A DNA stretch of 64,000 bases from a virus, in the IMG/VR virus record IMGVR_UViG_3300011441_000007. One strand, given 5' to 3'. Below the pieces are notes generated by a model that worked only from the letters and a program-made list of their open reading frames with translations, did not search any database and was not told the DNA's origin. The position numbers were made by a program, and so were the translations under genes. This document shows positions 63,399 through 64,000 of the stretch, in pieces (the first letter of the stretch is position 1; every line of letters begins with the position of its first letter).

Positions 63399-63616
63399 AT
63401 CTCTGCTCCTAGAGGCTTGAATTCTTCTTTGACGACTGTAAATTCCCCATCAATACAGAAGTTATGTTGAGCCAATAATTGTTTTTCAAAATAACAATGA
63501 GGATGATATACAACAGTTACATTAGAATTCATGAGAGAAAGCGTTTCTGTTGGGTAGTTTGGTTTGAGAAAAAATATGTGATGCTTGCAGTGATGACAGC
63601 GCAGAAGCCACTTCAT
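63395..63616 (-). CDS. small Cys/His-rich protein
   Basis: From MKWLLRCHHCKHH...HPHC. The ORF is open to 63712 through a GC-rich stretch. Confidence 0.35.
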   Translation of the reverse strand: MKWLLRCHHCKHHIFFLKPNYPTETLSLMNSNVTVVYHPHCYFEKQLLAQHNFCIDGEFTVVKEEFKPLGAEI

Positions 63617-63752
63617 ATGATTTCTCCCCGGTGTTATGGCTAAGAGTAATGTGAGACGGCGCTTGACAAGTCTACCGCAGTTCAGCTGTGCTTGAGGGTA
63701 ACCGACAGGCACCGCCCCACGATTGGAAGCTTAACTTAGACTACTAGGAGAA

Positions 63753-64000
63753 GTCAACTCGTTTTTTTATCGGCTTTGAATTTTATACCATATCTTTTGA
63801 TGAAGTCTCTATAGCGTTTATAGAGTCCATATTCGCGGCCATGTGCGTCAATTTCCCAAGGCCAATCAAAATAGTCTAATTTTGTTTCGTTTGTAAACTT
63901 ACGTTTCCATTTGGTGAGTGTCATACCTTTCTTTGTATAGGTATTTCCTAACTCGCCTTTCGCAAACTGCTTGCAGTGAACTAATTCATGAGCTAATGCA
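63753..64000 (-). CDS. SprT-like zinc metallopeptidase domain protein; C-terminal part in window, start beyond the window end
   Basis: ALAHELVHCKQF contains an HExxH motif in a SprT-like context. Confidence 0.4.

Noticed and set aside
63620-63770. GC-rich stretch considered as a tRNA or ncRNA
   Set aside because: No cloverleaf could be folded by eye. It is in frame with the downstream Cys/His-rich ORF, so it may simply be a 5' extension. Unresolved.

Overview
This window is an AT-rich segment (roughly 40% GC by eye, with a few GC-richer islands) of a large T4-like (Straboviridae-type) myovirus genome. Direct sequence matches to remembered T4 proteins support this: gp32 ssDNA-binding protein, gp59 helicase loader adjacent to it, a gp25/GPW-family baseplate wedge protein next to a gp6-like protein, a gp53-like wedge protein, a gp19-family tube protein, a PAAR spike-tip protein, and a gp5-like OB-fold hub protein with a separate beta-helix needle protein. 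The left 20 kb (minus strand) encodes giant Asn/Thr-rich tail-fiber-like structural proteins. Among these sits an unusual expanded set of histidine-rich repeat proteins, glycine-zipper proteins and a tandem gene triplication; many begin with N-termini resembling the T4 internal-protein capsid-targeting sequence (MKTYQEFIAE-like, ending L/I-x-E). This suggests a large arsenal of packaged or injected proteins, one of which carries a ParB-like nuclease domain plus an HTH. A plus-strand block (39.4-47.7 kb) encodes a PD-(D/E)xK head-completion-like nuclease, baseplate hub and tube proteins, a 1334-aa tape-measure/gp29-like protein with SLT-like and M15 peptidase-like domains, and a DPBB + M15 protein whose 3' end is strikingly GC-rich. 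Accessory content includes a GH25 endolysin with an overlapping holin-like ORF, a stand-alone response-regulator receiver (REC) protein behind a perfect palindrome, and a YiiX/C92-like peptidase ORF lacking an ATG start. There is a four-member paralog family (KxHW...CxxGA motif), one copy translationally coupled to an Xre/DUF2384 antitoxin-like gene. A GC-rich island carries DUF2786-like and H-NS-like genes. Further accessory genes are a PRTase-domain protein, an HNH-AP2 homing endonuclease, tRNA-Asn(GTT), an SPFH/prohibitin-like protein, and several small membrane ORFs. No CRISPR array or rRNA was seen.
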